A stretch of DNA of 51,036 nucleotides, filler included, from Dimargaris cristalligena (lineage: Eukaryota): the NCBI GenBank assembly GCA_003614675.1. It is 2 parts of 2 records of this genome, joined end to end, with 100 filler letters (N's around TTAATTAATTAA, not from the genome) between each part and the next. Parts side by side here need not be neighbours in the genome. Positions count along the whole stretch, not along the records: positions 1 to 25,468 come from ML002562.1; 1 more part is not named here. One strand, written 5' to 3'. Shown here piece after piece: positions 1-11,798 of this stretch. Numbering within the stretch: position 1 is the stretch's first letter; every line of letters starts with the position of its first letter. Below the pieces are notes generated by a model. The model worked only from the letters and a program-made list of their open reading frames with translations, had not been told where the DNA came from and did not search any database. The position numbers and the translations under genes were made by a program.

Positions 1-54
1 TCTATCTTTTCAAATAAAGTTCAGTTTTCAAGGATTTGATTTCAGTTCTTTACA
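1..54 (+). mobile_element. 3' end of an LTR-like repeat (family B), truncated by the contig edge
   Basis: Positions 1-55 match the reverse complement of 25401-25455 at 53/55. Contains AATAAA and ends ...GTTCTTTACA (CA terminus typical of LTRs); similarity stops there. Confidence 0.65.
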
Positions 55-116
55 CTACCAACCTACACCTAGTACTCTCTCCTTCTGTCTACTGATCCCC
101 AACACTATCCATCACT

Positions 117-545
117 ATGAAGTTCCTGGTCACCACTCCTCTGGTCCTTGCATCCTTGCTAGCTGCTGCCTGTGCTGGCCCCAATGGCAACTATTATGGG
201 GATTTGACTACCAATTCTGGCTCCCATATTCTTGCAACTGATAACTTGAATGCCTTCATGGGATATAATGGCCAAACCAATAGGAGCAGGTCTCCTCAGC
301 ATAGCCACACTATGGACAATCTAACTGATTATTTGAATGGCTCCACTGGATACTTTAGTCAAAACAAGCAATGTGAATTTCCTCAGTGTAGTAGCTCCAT
401 GAGCAGTCTCAGTAGAAATACCGGAGGATGTACCTTTGATAGCAGTGAATATGAATCTGGCACCTTTGGTCAGTTGCACACTGGGGGCTTAGATGACTCA
501 GGATACTCCCAGTGTTCCAATAGCCTCAATACCAACAGCTGCTAA
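117..545 (+). CDS. small secreted Gly/Ser/Asn-rich protein, CpG-eroded (possibly a pseudogene)
   Basis: Signal peptide MKFLVTTPLVLASLLAAACA-GP; A at -3 before the ATG; weak internal repeat TDNLNAFMG/MDNLTDYLNG. Only one CpG in 429 nt. Confidence 0.6.
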   Translation: MKFLVTTPLVLASLLAAACAGPNGNYYGDLTTNSGSHILATDNLNAFMGYNGQTNRSRSPQHSHTMDNLTDYLNGSTGYFSQNKQCEFPQCSSSMSSLSRNTGGCTFDSSEYESGTFGQLHTGGLDDSGYSQCSNSLNTNSC

Positions 546-635
546 TCTGATAACTATGCCTACTAAGCCATGGTTGATTGACTGGTGGATCAGCATTGAT
601 TGTGAAGCCACTGAATGCTTGGCAACCCAGCATAT

Positions 636-771
636 GGGAGAAGCTCATTCAGGCTGTATAATGAAAAATCCATTAGATAAGACTAATATTACTGGTTAAA
701 AGCTATTCTCACATATATTCACCCATACACATATTATGTAGAACCTTATACAACTGGGTTGAATTTCACCC
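636..771. mobile_element. 136-bp MITE, copy 1
   Basis: Homologous to 24578-24713 and 25955-26090. Imperfect ~26-bp TIRs (GGGAGAAGCTCATTCAGGCTGTATAA vs revcomp GGGTGAAATTCAACCCAGTTGTATAA); flanked by AT on both sides. Confidence 0.8.
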
Positions 772-1195
772 ATATGTCCCCCTTATTAACTCAATGGTTG
801 GTTTAGATAACTTGGCTCAATGTACTTTATACCCAGCATTGCTAAGACCTCTCTATTATATTTTTTTTTAATTTGAACTTTTACTATCATGTTTAATAAT
901 TTCCACTATACTTGACTCCCCCTATATTTCCCCCCTGAGGGTTTACCTGACCATGTCACACTCAGTACTATAAAGCCATAGACAATCCAGTATTGTGATG
1001 GATATTAAACTGTTGGGTATAGTTTAGGTGCACTATTTATAGCTTGTTTAATACAGTATAAATGTATCAAATGTGGGACTAATTGGCATTCTGCTAGGGA
1101 TTGATGTCAATGTTGTGGCTGGGCCTACTTAATCTTTAATAGTATATCCCAGCCAAACTATTTTTAGTTTAGAAAAGATGAAGAACATCACCAAA

Positions 1196-1795
1196 TGTCA
1201 GTCTTCATCCTTTTCCCACCAAGATGGCACTTCAGCAGCTTAGACCCACTTTCCAATATTCATTATTCATTATTCAATATTCATAGTTAGTATTCTTAGT
1301 TGGAGGATTTTCTTAGTTATAGAAGGCTGGGGATATGCCCCAGCCTTTGTATCTCCAAGCCGCCAGCATTGGTGGCCTTTATTATTCTATTTACTATTCT
1401 AGTTAGCTATTGTTAGTATTCACAATCACTCATTAGGTATTCCAATAGTATAGTAGCATCAGTAGGTCGCTATATTATATTTCATTCCCATTAACCCTGT
1501 TTTATATAAATACCAATTGGGTATTCTCTCAATAAAGGCAAGTAGTTTTACACCAGTATAGTTTACTATTAGTTTTTCATTTGATCCCCGGTAGTATCTT
1601 CTCCGCGTCGCCATTTGGCCCAAGTCCATTCATTGTGCTTTATCCGCCGTGTACTAGAAGGATCCCTGAGTGATACCCGGCTGCCTAATTGTCCCTGTCT
1701 GAAGATCAGATAAGAATCGTCCCTGCTGAGTGCGCGTTTTCCCATAGTTATCTAGTTTTATTACCGGGTTGTCACTGCTCCAGCCGATCCTGATA
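1196..1795 (+). mobile_element. possible degenerate LTR remnant
   Basis: Starts TGTCA; short tandem repeats near 1255-1285, TATA-like element at ~1502, AATAAA at 1531, ends ...CTGATA (possible TGACA decay). No matching TSD and no second copy in the window. Confidence 0.3.
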
Positions 1796-3664
1796 AGGTT
1801 GTCAGATTATATTACCTTGTGATATTAATTATGACCACTACATCGATGTGCATTTGGGCAAAACTCATTAAAACAGTTTTTGATTTGGCATGAGTATACA
1901 TGTATAAATGTAAGGAATCTACTTCCCCCCCCTTAGCACTTATTTCGTCAAGTCCATGTTTTTTTACAGCCATAGTGAACGTCTTCCATATGATATTGCT
2001 AAGTCCTCCTAGCATTGCGGTAGAGCTTGTCAATTGTGAGCACATGACAGGCTAGTTAAAGGTCCGACGTACATTCGTGATATCATCAGTTCAGTAAAAG
2101 GGAGCAATGTCCCCCACTAAACAGTAATATATGGCGATATCAGGAAGAATTATAGGCATACTTGCGCAAATTCCGGGGCCATTTGTCTATATTACCATAT
2201 TAGGCCCTAAATCGGGGAATCGAATGCCCTGGTACTAGGTCTGGAGGAGGAGGGGGTTAAGATCAACTGCCATGCCGTGGCAGTTTATACTGGGATTTCC
2301 AGTGACATGTGTGTCCACATGGGGTCATCTGGTATATATGAATTACTAAATATTACCATCTCAGCCGACACGACGACCGGTCTGGACGCAGGTCAGCATG
2401 GCCCATCTAGCCTCCCACGATGGGGTCACCCTCCCCTATAATAAGGGAAGAAGAAACACTGCTTCCCCAACTGTAAAATAAAGATGCTGCAATGGCCATG
2501 CCAGTCAAATACCGCAACATGCATTTGGGAGTCCACTGTCCCCCACGTTCTAATGGCATTTGAACCGGCCAAGTAGGTTGGGGTAAACGTGCGTGTCCTT
2601 CTGGTTAGTCAAAAATTTATAGGCGGCGTCATGGGGGACCAACAACCCTAAATACCCTAATAGGAATTTGGGCGATCCTGGGCTTCTATAATATATTCGA
2701 AAACCGAAACAGTTGATCGGCGGCACCTGATTGTGTTTATTTTACACTCGTCATTGTGGATACACCCCCCACTCCAGTATTCATAGAACCAGCACGCTGT
2801 TCGCTGGTATTTGTCTGAATAAAATAACCGGGGGGGGGGGTTGTAAGCGTCATGCAGATTTGGGGAATATTCAACAGACCGCCTTGAGTGGCTGGTCTGA
2901 TGCTTAAAGGAGGGGTTTAGCAGAATACCTTCCAATGATAAAATGGTGGTGGGTACTCCGGACCGAAGCAAGACAAGCCCATCTAGGAAGCAACCTACCA
3001 TTGGGCATACTGTGGCCATGTGACACATATAATAGTTTATTGAGGAGTATAATAATAGTACATGGTACATAGAAGAACTCGCGCTAATCAAAAATATTTA
3101 AAAAATGGCCCATTTGGAAAAGTGAACTAGTTGGGATAGTCAACATGCCCGCCAGGGCCGGGGCAGGTCCATAACTGCGGAATATGGGTAGATCACCGTT
3201 TCCTTAGTATGCCTACCGATGTAAGGGATAAATAGGTATGTACAGTGACACCGAGACAAATAAATAAAAAGACGACCTGTACTCTGGACAGTGATATTCA
3301 CGATCGTAGGGGTATATCCAGGAGATATAGGGTAAATAATAGAAAAGGGAAATGTGGCTGAACAATTCATACGATGGGCAATCAAGATGGTTCAGTGAGT
3401 GTTGGGTGTATACATATAAGCACTATATATATACATATAAAATAGGGGGAGGTGAGAGAAGTTAGCGGCGGGAGAGGGGTGAAATAAAGTTCTAGGTAAT
3501 TGGGCAATAGCACGAGTAAGAAAAGGGGCGAAAGGCTGGCCCAGTAGCCTGGGCGGTCGGTTGGAGAGACCGGGAGGTGGGGGTAGTCGAGTCGCGGGAT
3601 ATCATTATAATAATGCCCGGAAAGGCAGTCATGGGAGGGAGGGGGAAGGCATGAGCACAGGGAA

Positions 3665-3895
3665 TTACTTCCTAGTGGAAGCGCGGCCGCTTCGGACGGT
3701 ACGTTCCTTGGTGATGGGGGGGTTAGTAGAGCCATCGGTGGGCAGGGACGTAGGGTAGTCGCGGGGAGGTTGGGTCGAATTATTGGTGTTCGAGTTGCCC
3801 TGATCGTCATAGTCAGGGACCGAGGTAGGGTAGTCCCGGTTAATTGAGAAGACGGGGCCTCGGGGAAGGGGAGTGTAGCGCAAGGTCGAATGCAT
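3665..3895 (-). CDS. orphan 76-aa protein with duplicated RDYPTS[VL]P motif (3' splicing uncertain)
   Basis: ccacaATG context, C-ending codons, pyrimidine-rich leader and a TATAAAA ~345 nt upstream. A possible donor GTAATT overlaps the stop. Confidence 0.45.
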   Translation of the reverse strand: MHSTLRYTPLPRGPVFSINRDYPTSVPDYDDQGNSNTNNSTQPPRDYPTSLPTDGSTNPPITKERTVRSGRASTRK

Positions 3896-4237
3896 TGTGG
3901 GGAAGTTTAAAGGGCGGACGGGTTGGGAGTTGGCTGGGACGAAAGAAAGGGTTGGTTGGCGAAAGAGCGGGGGTCCGGCGGTATTTATCTTGGAAGGAGC
4001 TCGCAGTGACGGTTTAATTTATTGGAAGGACTTGGCTGGGTTGAGGGTTCTGAGAGAAAGAATGACGGCGGTACTAGGGAGCGTGACTTGGTACTTGAGC
4101 GAAGTCTAGAATGAATCCGGGCTGCGGCAGGGAAGGGGAAGGCTGGTAATAATGTAAGGGCGAGGGACTGAGTTCTCCAAGAATAGAAAGGCGAATGGGT
4201 TGATGATAAGATGAAACGAGGGAGGGGGGATGGCCCC

Positions 4238-4244
4238 TTTTATA
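4238..4244 (-). promoter_or_regulatory. TATA box of the 3665-3895 gene
   Basis: GATATAAAAGGGG on the minus strand, followed by a CT-rich leader. Confidence 0.4.
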
Positions 4245-7200
4245 TCTGCCGGGCCAACGTGACCTGGCGACTGCTTGGGCCTAGGCCGGGCCGAAGTGAC
4301 CAGGGCTGTTCAATAATTGGCTAAACAATGGGCCGTGCGTGTGCGTTCGTGAATGTCGTCAACACACCCGTCCCATCGAATGGTACGCTCCTTGGGCCAA
4401 CTTTAGTCCGGAACCACTGGATATTGTTCGCTCCCATTTCCCCTCTCCAACTCGACATGATTCAATGAGCTCTTCATTCTTCACTCTTCCCTGCACAGTA
4501 AAGCAAAAAAGCGGAATTATCTTAATTGCTACATACAGGCGTTTATTATTCTAGGTATTGTTGGAATGAATAGGAGGGGGAAGGGTGCACTGAATAATGG
4601 GGATAATACCGGAATTCGGTAATCGCATCCAACCGCCTGCGGCTGTGGTCATTATACTAATACCTGACTCTACTGACTAAATTTGATAGCCTCATCGCTT
4701 TTAAAACCATGGGGTGGGGTGGGGAAAGGATCGCCGCACCCTCTTTTGCGATCGGTGTGGCGCTGGACCCAAATGGGGGACATCCCCTATTTATGCCCTA
4801 TATCCCCCACGCCACAATCCCCTCGCCCATCCTCTTTTCCCAGCCAAATTCAGATTCAGGGCTTAGTTAAGCAAACAATGACCGAGTAAAGTGGTTTGGA
4901 AATGCTACCATTTTCATTCCAAATATGTCATGGCGATCACTTTTGGCCAGGTGTTTTGTATAATCGGGCTTAGCTCAATTAAAGTAGGCCTCGCCATGGA
5001 TGAATATGTGCTGATTTGAATTGTATGGCCTACTAAACCAGTGAATCCTGCTGCCATTACGTGTTTTCTTGGTGGCGTGTAATAAAGGGACCTTGGGCAT
5101 GCAAAGTGGGTAGAAATAAATGGCGTAGGACGGTACCGCCTTAAACAATTACGCTGCTGTGCACATGTACGGCCAATTGTCATCTTGGTGTATACAGGGG
5201 TCCGAATGCTCTTTGGGGTTGACCCAGCTTTGCTTTGAACTTGAAAGTGGGTCTCGCGTTGGTCACAAGGGTATAGCGCGTGTCCTTCACGTTTGATTCC
5301 CTGGACCCCTCTATCTAGGGTTTGATTAGATGTGCTTCCGGGAGGGAGAGGGTCACTTGATTCAGCGAGGCTAGGGACTGGTCAAACGGATGCAGCCATT
5401 GTAGGTGGTGATGATTTTTCATGAATGGCGAATTACAGTCGGGGTTATAATGGTCGACTTCATGTTAGCTCTCTCCAAGCCCTGGCCATTATCGCTTCTT
5501 TGGGTTGATTTTTATTTTGAAAAACATATGATACAATCAAGATATTCGGCAATGCATCCTAACTAAATGGAATCGATGTAGCTATTTTTCTCATCCATCT
5601 GTCCCAATAATACACTACAGGCGGTCTTGGCATTGGCCCGGATGTAAATACATCCTCATCACTACAATTACCTCCAGAAATATGCAGCAAAAGCCGACAC
5701 GGGATAGGCGCTGGGAAACCAAGTCAAGAATATATCGGATACAGTATCATAGGATTCATTCTTGCATTACCTTCTTCCCCACACCAAACAGAAAACGCTG
5801 AACTTTTCCGCTTGCAGCAAAGTAATTCCGGTTTTAATAATACATGTATATCATACTATACATTGGTACTTAAGTGATGAACAATTGTTCATCCGAATGA
5901 TACGTTGCCTAACCATAAGTGCCCCCCGCCTGCAGCGTGTCGGTCTTTTTCATTAATAATCGCATTAATGATGAGTAGGTATTTAATTTTTTATTCCCGG
6001 TCGACATCGGAGTAAACAATTGCCTATGCCAATACTGTCTTCTGACCTGGGTATCGAGCCTTTCCACGTTGAAAATGTTTTTTCCTTATAGAGGCGCTAT
6101 TTTAATCTACCTTACCAACGCACTATCTCAGCCACACAATCTAACCCATGGCCTCCTAAAACGGTAGCTGAGCACATGAAACCTGACAGTGGGGAGTACT
6201 AATCTCTGAAAATCGGGTCGCTCTATAAGGCAATCGTATCCCAGCCTCATAGCATTACTATATACGAACAAACACAATCGAGTGGCACATTTGGGCTATT
6301 GTAGAGGGAACTCGCAAAGATTTAGCATTAGAAATGATAAACTGTAATCACTAGTAACAATTGCCTGATTATCAGTTTATTATTGTTGTTGGGGTATATT
6401 TTGTATATACATAGTACCCGTAATGGGAAACAAGGACAAGCCAACGAATATGAGAACTTGAATTGCCATCCCCAACTCTCTCGACTCGCAACGTAATGGC
6501 AAATATGCTCAAGACCAATTGTACGATAAACCCTAACCATAAAGTAGTACACATTTCATAAATAAGGCTGAAGAGGGTAGTAAGTCTAACCGCGGTACAG
6601 TTCGTTCTAGAAGCCAGATGATTTGAGGGACCCAGGCCAAAAAAAAGGGGGGCGTGATGAATCCGTAGAAAGAATGTCCGTGTATAAGTCACCCGACATC
6701 AACAACTGTGTGGGATCAGTGGGGGCGATCCCAACACCCCAACTATCCCCATTTGGAAGAGAGTTTAACTACTTACTCATCCTCATAATCATTTAGGCAG
6801 AATAGTTCCTTTGTTTAGCCACAACCACCCCAACGCACGTCGGCTGTGGTGTGCTTTTCAACTTCCCTATTTGTGAGCCTAAAGGTGATCTGTGGCGTAG
6901 ACCCTGAGTATGAATTTTACTGGATTAAGCATTTGTCCGACTATTGTATCGATTAACCAGGTCGCGCGATTGTGAGGAGGGCACAGACAGTGTGGCGTTC
7001 AACAATAGCCCTCCCCACACCCCACACCACCCGAATTGACCTAATTCAATGTAAACAGGATAGTGGTGTAGTGGGTTTGGTATTGACCACTCTCGTTAAA
7101 TCCACACTCTATTCGACCCATTTGGATGGAATGGCGGAGCACTGATAACACTTTTAATGAAATGAAATGCAATGACAAATTCAGCATTGTCGAACGAAAA

Positions 7201-8499
7201 GGGGGTGGGGTCGGGGGGGAGTGTCGATGGGGTGCAAATAATTGTTTACGAATGGCAAATGTATTTTTATGGATAAAATAATGAATAGAAGGCTCCCACC
7301 CCCCCGATACAATGTTCGGGAGCCGGTAAGTTCATGGCCGCTAAAACAGCCCGATGCAGTTACCTAAGGGTCTGCTGCGGCTGTCCAAATTGGATTTATA
7401 TCATTTTAGATCTTTCACCGACTTTCCCAAGGCCTGGGGGATAAGGTGTGTAAATCCCCACCCAGGTCACTTCAAACATTTGAATTATTTACGTGATTGC
7501 CGCTTTGCATTGGAGAGAAGGTGGTTTAGCAGTATCGGCTGTAAATATTGGTTAGGGAGTTTTCGAGCATCTCCCCCGCTTTTTCTTTGCGGAATTCCGG
7601 AGGGTGTGAACCTAACCTGGGGGCCAGCCGGACCCTTCGAGGAACTGCGGCACCTATCCCCAATTCCACGACTATAACTTACTTAAACATGTTGAAGATT
7701 CCCATTTTAGCTTACGAGAAATGAATAATTTATTAATTCAGAAATCAAAGGGTACACCGATTGTTCGTTTTGCTCTTCACCAGTAGGCCTCGTCCCCACC
7801 ATCAAGGAAAAGGGTAAATGACCAAAATAGAAGAGAGGGGGTGTGAATCATGGGCGCACTACCGCTACGCTTGCGCGCTGTTCTCTGCTGACCGGATCAC
7901 AGGGTTAATGAGGTCACATTGGTCTTGGGATAGTAAGTGGCCCGGCTAATTAATGATCTCGTAGTTGCCCTGTTGACAACATACTAGTCTGCCTTGCCGC
8001 AGCTCGTTGAAATATCCGCTGGCAGACTTTTATTTAAAACCCCGCCCAATCTCTTGGCGACTCCGCTAATTAGAATACAACATGCACATTACCCGAATGC
8101 CTATCTAGGTAGGTTGATAAGGGACGCAGGCTGCGGTAGTCTCTTGGTCCATTCCAATAAGTCCGGGCCACCTAAAAAGGGACAGATGGCTTGGCAATTG
8201 GCTTCTGATCCAAATTATCGATTGATATTATTCATGCAGATTGCGATAAAATACACAAATATGTATTGGATTGCAGCATAATAAACCCGATTTATAATCT
8301 TTAGGGGCGATTGGCCTGGCGTCACCATGGCCCAAAATACAACACCGCCAATATATACGATTTTTATTGTACGATAGGTGCGAGGAAATAATGGTCGGTA
8401 GAATGGGGACCAAATAGATGGGTATACAAAGAAATATAGGAATATAAGCAGGTCAAGTGCGTGGCCCGGGCCTTCTAACGGAACCAAGGGGAATGGTAC

Positions 8500-9484
8500 T
8501 TATTTTCTTTTCGATGAAGCCTGGGACTTGGGGGGGTTAGCGGGGGCAGGGGACATCCAGTTAGCCAATGAAGCGGCAAAGTCGGGGGTCTGGAGACTAT
8601 TCATTTGTTTGTGCATCTTACTCGTCTCTGCCTCCAACTCCTGTTTACCTTCGGGATCCAAACCCGCCTGCAGCTTAGGCATGACAAACATCATTAGAAC
8701 GGTTACCCCCATCATCAGCATGTAGGGACTGGCAAACATGCTTAAGATATTAAATGATTCGCGGGGGGTAAAGAAATCCATTTTGACCAAAGGCGAAATT
8801 TCCAGAGGGTGTTTGACGATTTTGGCATTAGTGGAGTCCCACTGCTGACCGGGAACGAGAGTCATGGTAGTGACTGATTCGCGACCCTCTGCATCGGCGG
8901 ATACTTGGATCTGGTACTAGGGTGGTTGATTTGGTGCACCAGTGGCAGTTGTTCCCGGAAAGCGGCGGGTAGGTGGTAGCGGAAGATTCAGAATTGGAAA
9001 CCGTTCATTAACAAACAATGTACGGTTGGATGGTGGGGATAGAAGGTTATGGGGTTATTAAACGGCGGGAAAAAACGAGCGTACACGCGCGCGCATGTGT
9101 GTACGTACGAGGGATATCCCGAATCCAAGGGAATGGCGTGGAGTTCACCGGGCTCCTTGGGCACAATGCAGCCAGAGCCGGGTGTTTTGGTAGGAGGCAT
9201 CCTAGGTATTTACGGGGTGGAGACCAACTTACTTTGGGAAAGATATAGTCTTTCGATTCAATTTCCATAAGCCAGGTGCCAACAGGTACGAAAATCTCGA
9301 AGCGGCCATCTTGCCGAAGCCAGGTGGACTGTCGGCCTCCATCGACCAAGACGCGGGTAGCGGGGCCTATGGTCAGTGGGTCAGGCAGGGAAGCGCTGGG
9401 GACTAACACACCCTCGACCTGGAAGGCTAGGGCGGTGGGGAGCAGCAGACTGGCTAGAGTAGCGAGGGCCGGCAGGACACGCAT
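8500..9484 (-). CDS. EMC7: ER membrane protein complex subunit 7; exons 9484-9233 and 8916-8500 (~222 aa)
   Basis: Signal peptide; beta-sandwich TRVLVDGG..LRQDGRFEI.VPVGTWLMEIESKDYIFPK; RESFNILSMFASPYMLMM TM segment, LDPE, DFAASLANWM. Phase-0 GTAAGT..CTAG intron keeps frame. Confidence 0.9.
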
Positions 9485-10041
9485 GGTTCAGGGATAGAGT
9501 ATAAAGGGATATATTCAGGAAATGGTAAAGGAGGGGGTGGCGGATAAACACACTGGCACTGGGTCACCGTCAGCAGGGCGTTCCAAAGAGAAGACTAGAT
9601 GAAGACAAAGAAGTTAAGATTGTACCAAAATGTTCGAGGCAGAATAAGCACTGAAGGTTCCGAAACAGGCAGCGGCCATTACCCCTCCTATCGGCGCCTC
9701 CAAAGAAGGGACTAATGTTGTGGTGGTATAGCCAGCCACCAATTCCTAGTCCTTTTCCTTGCTCCCCCCCCCCCCAGACACATTAATTAGTAGTAGTAGG
9801 AGTAGTGGGTGTGTATAGTAGTGGGGTGGACAAACCACACAGAAAGCAGGCTTCTTGGTCCAGTAGGATCCCCCCACTCAATCTTCCTTCCCCCTCTCCA
9901 AGCCTTACCCGGGTTTATTCGACCCTCTTTCTCTCTATGATCAGGGCGCTCCTACAACCTGTCTCATTCCTTTAGCACACAGTACCTAGCATTCTTATCC
10001 CCTTTTCCCCCCCGCATACACGCCACTTCAGCCGTACCACA

Positions 10042-10410
10042 ATGCTATCTCTCCGCCGCCTGGCCCACATTGGCCGCAAAGTACCCAAAGTAGCCGCCAT
10101 TAGTCTGTTCGGTGGCCGCCAGATCGGTTTCGGTAACCGGATCGCCCCCAATTGGGACTCCAAAACCCGCCGAACCTGGAAGCCCAACGTACAATGGGCC
10201 AGCCTTTACTCGAAGATCCTCAACGAATCTATCCGGATCCGGGTCACCACCCACCTGTTACGCACTGTCGACAAAAAGGGAGGTCTGGACAATTATCTGC
10301 TCCACACCAAGAGTAAAAATATCGCCAGCGAGGCTGGCCTAAAACTCAAGGCCCGCATAAAACAAATCATTAAGACCCAGCCGGCCACGCCCGAGACCCC
10401 GGCTATCTAA
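10042..10410 (+). CDS. MRPL24: mitochondrial ribosomal protein bL28m (yeast Mrpl24-like)
   Basis: L28 signature LFGGRQIGFGN...KTRRTWKPNVQ..LYSKIL...VTTHLLRTVDKKGGLDNYLL; basic N-terminus. Confidence 0.9.
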   Translation: MLSLRRLAHIGRKVPKVAAISLFGGRQIGFGNRIAPNWDSKTRRTWKPNVQWASLYSKILNESIRIRVTTHLLRTVDKKGGLDNYLLHTKSKNIASEAGLKLKARIKQIIKTQPATPETPAI

Positions 10411-10828
10411 TACCCTTCCCAATCTCCGTCCTGGGATTGCCCACTCCACCGTCGTCTCCGCGGGTATGTATGATTTCAGAGTCTGGTCGAGGGTATTTTG
10501 ATCCTGCGATAATTGGCCAAAACCACGCTTACCTAGCCACCCCTTGCGATTCTCTATATTAAATACTACCCATCTCAGATCGTAGATAATACCGACCAGA
10601 AGAGGACGGGGGATTGCCAGGACCGCTACTTTTATAAATTTATTATATTTTTCGTTCTTTTAAGATTCCAATAAAACTCATAGGCAGATACAATAGTAGT
10701 GTTCTTAAACCTTCGTATGGCTGTAAAAGCCAGCCTGATCAGTATCTAGTCCCGACACTTGATGGAAACTACGAGTCTGCTCCTGCTTCTCCGATTCATC
10801 CAACATGTATAAGGAAGGTCCTCTGAGA

Positions 10829-11380
10829 TTAAAGCGAGGTTTCCTTGGCTTGCTCAAAAGCAGCGGCAAAGGCCGAAGCCTGGCGGATGCTGAGGTTGAA
10901 ATAGCGCTGAATAGCCGCTTTGGTGAAGAGCGACGCAACAACAAAGAGGAACACGGGCGAGCAGTCGGTGGGGTTATCCCCTTCCAGGCCACGATGGGAG
11001 AGCCCTTGGACCAGACCGAAGGGCTCAAAGGGCAATTTAGCCACTGTGACCCCCGGCAGAAGCACGGAGCCCAACACGTAAAAGGCGGCAATCTGCAGCG
11101 CGGCGGTCATGAGCGACAGACGCATCGTCATTCCGCTGGCGCGCGATTGGTTGGTCTTGATTTGTTTGCGGAGTTCTTCGAGCCGACGTTCCCGCCGTTT
11201 GGGGTTGCCTGTGCCGGAATCGTTATCCTCCTCTTGGGCGAGGCGCTTCTGGGTCCGGGCCAGACTCTCCTTTAAGAATTGGTAGTCTTCGGTGCTATAG
11301 ACAAGACGGTAGCCCATGTACTCGGCCAGGGCGGAATTGCCAACGGCGAAGAGTAGGACAACGAGCATACTACCTAGCAT
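10829..11380 (-). CDS. TMCO1: TMCO1 (EMC3/TMCO1, Oxa1-superfamily ER insertase)
   Basis: TM1, LVYSTEDYQFLK, coiled coil, then GVTVAKLPFEPFGLVQGLSHRGLEGDNPTDCSPVFLF, the TMCO1-type C-terminal motif. Confidence 0.9.
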   Translation of the reverse strand: MLGSMLVVLLFAVGNSALAEYMGYRLVYSTEDYQFLKESLARTQKRLAQEEDNDSGTGNPKRRERRLEELRKQIKTNQSRASGMTMRLSLMTAALQIAAFYVLGSVLLPGVTVAKLPFEPFGLVQGLSHRGLEGDNPTDCSPVFLFVVASLFTKAAIQRYFNLSIRQASAFAAAFEQAKETSL

Positions 11381-11798
11381 CTTGGGTGGCTTTTAGGGAT
11401 AGTGAGGGCGGGACGAGCGGAAGCAATTTGGGGAGAGGAGGGGGGTTAGATAAGGTGTCCGCGGATAAAATTCGAATCCAACCAATATTAGGAAGTAAAG
11501 AAGAATGAAACACAAGTCAGAGTATAGGGGGAAGAAATAAGCAGATGGGTAAGTAGGGTTTGTCGGACAGGGTCTCTCAATTCACTTCTGGAGCCAATTA
11601 ACTCCCCATCAACAATCCGCAATAGTCATTCTTCGTTAGCTCAAGGCGGATGAGACGACTAGTACTACCTCTCTTGTACCTCGACCATTCCTCCACTTTC
11701 TCCACTGAACTCCACGTCCGCTCTGCCACCCTGAATATCTCCCGCCAGTCTATCCTACCCTGACTTCACATTACGTCCTCCCCAGCTGCCACGGCCAT

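Noticed and set aside
9973..9975. TAG reassignment, or a 15-nt GT..AG micro-intron at 9961-9975
   Set aside because: TAG ends SPT4, PCBD and dymeclin at the expected positions, and all other introns are over 170 nt with consensus donors.
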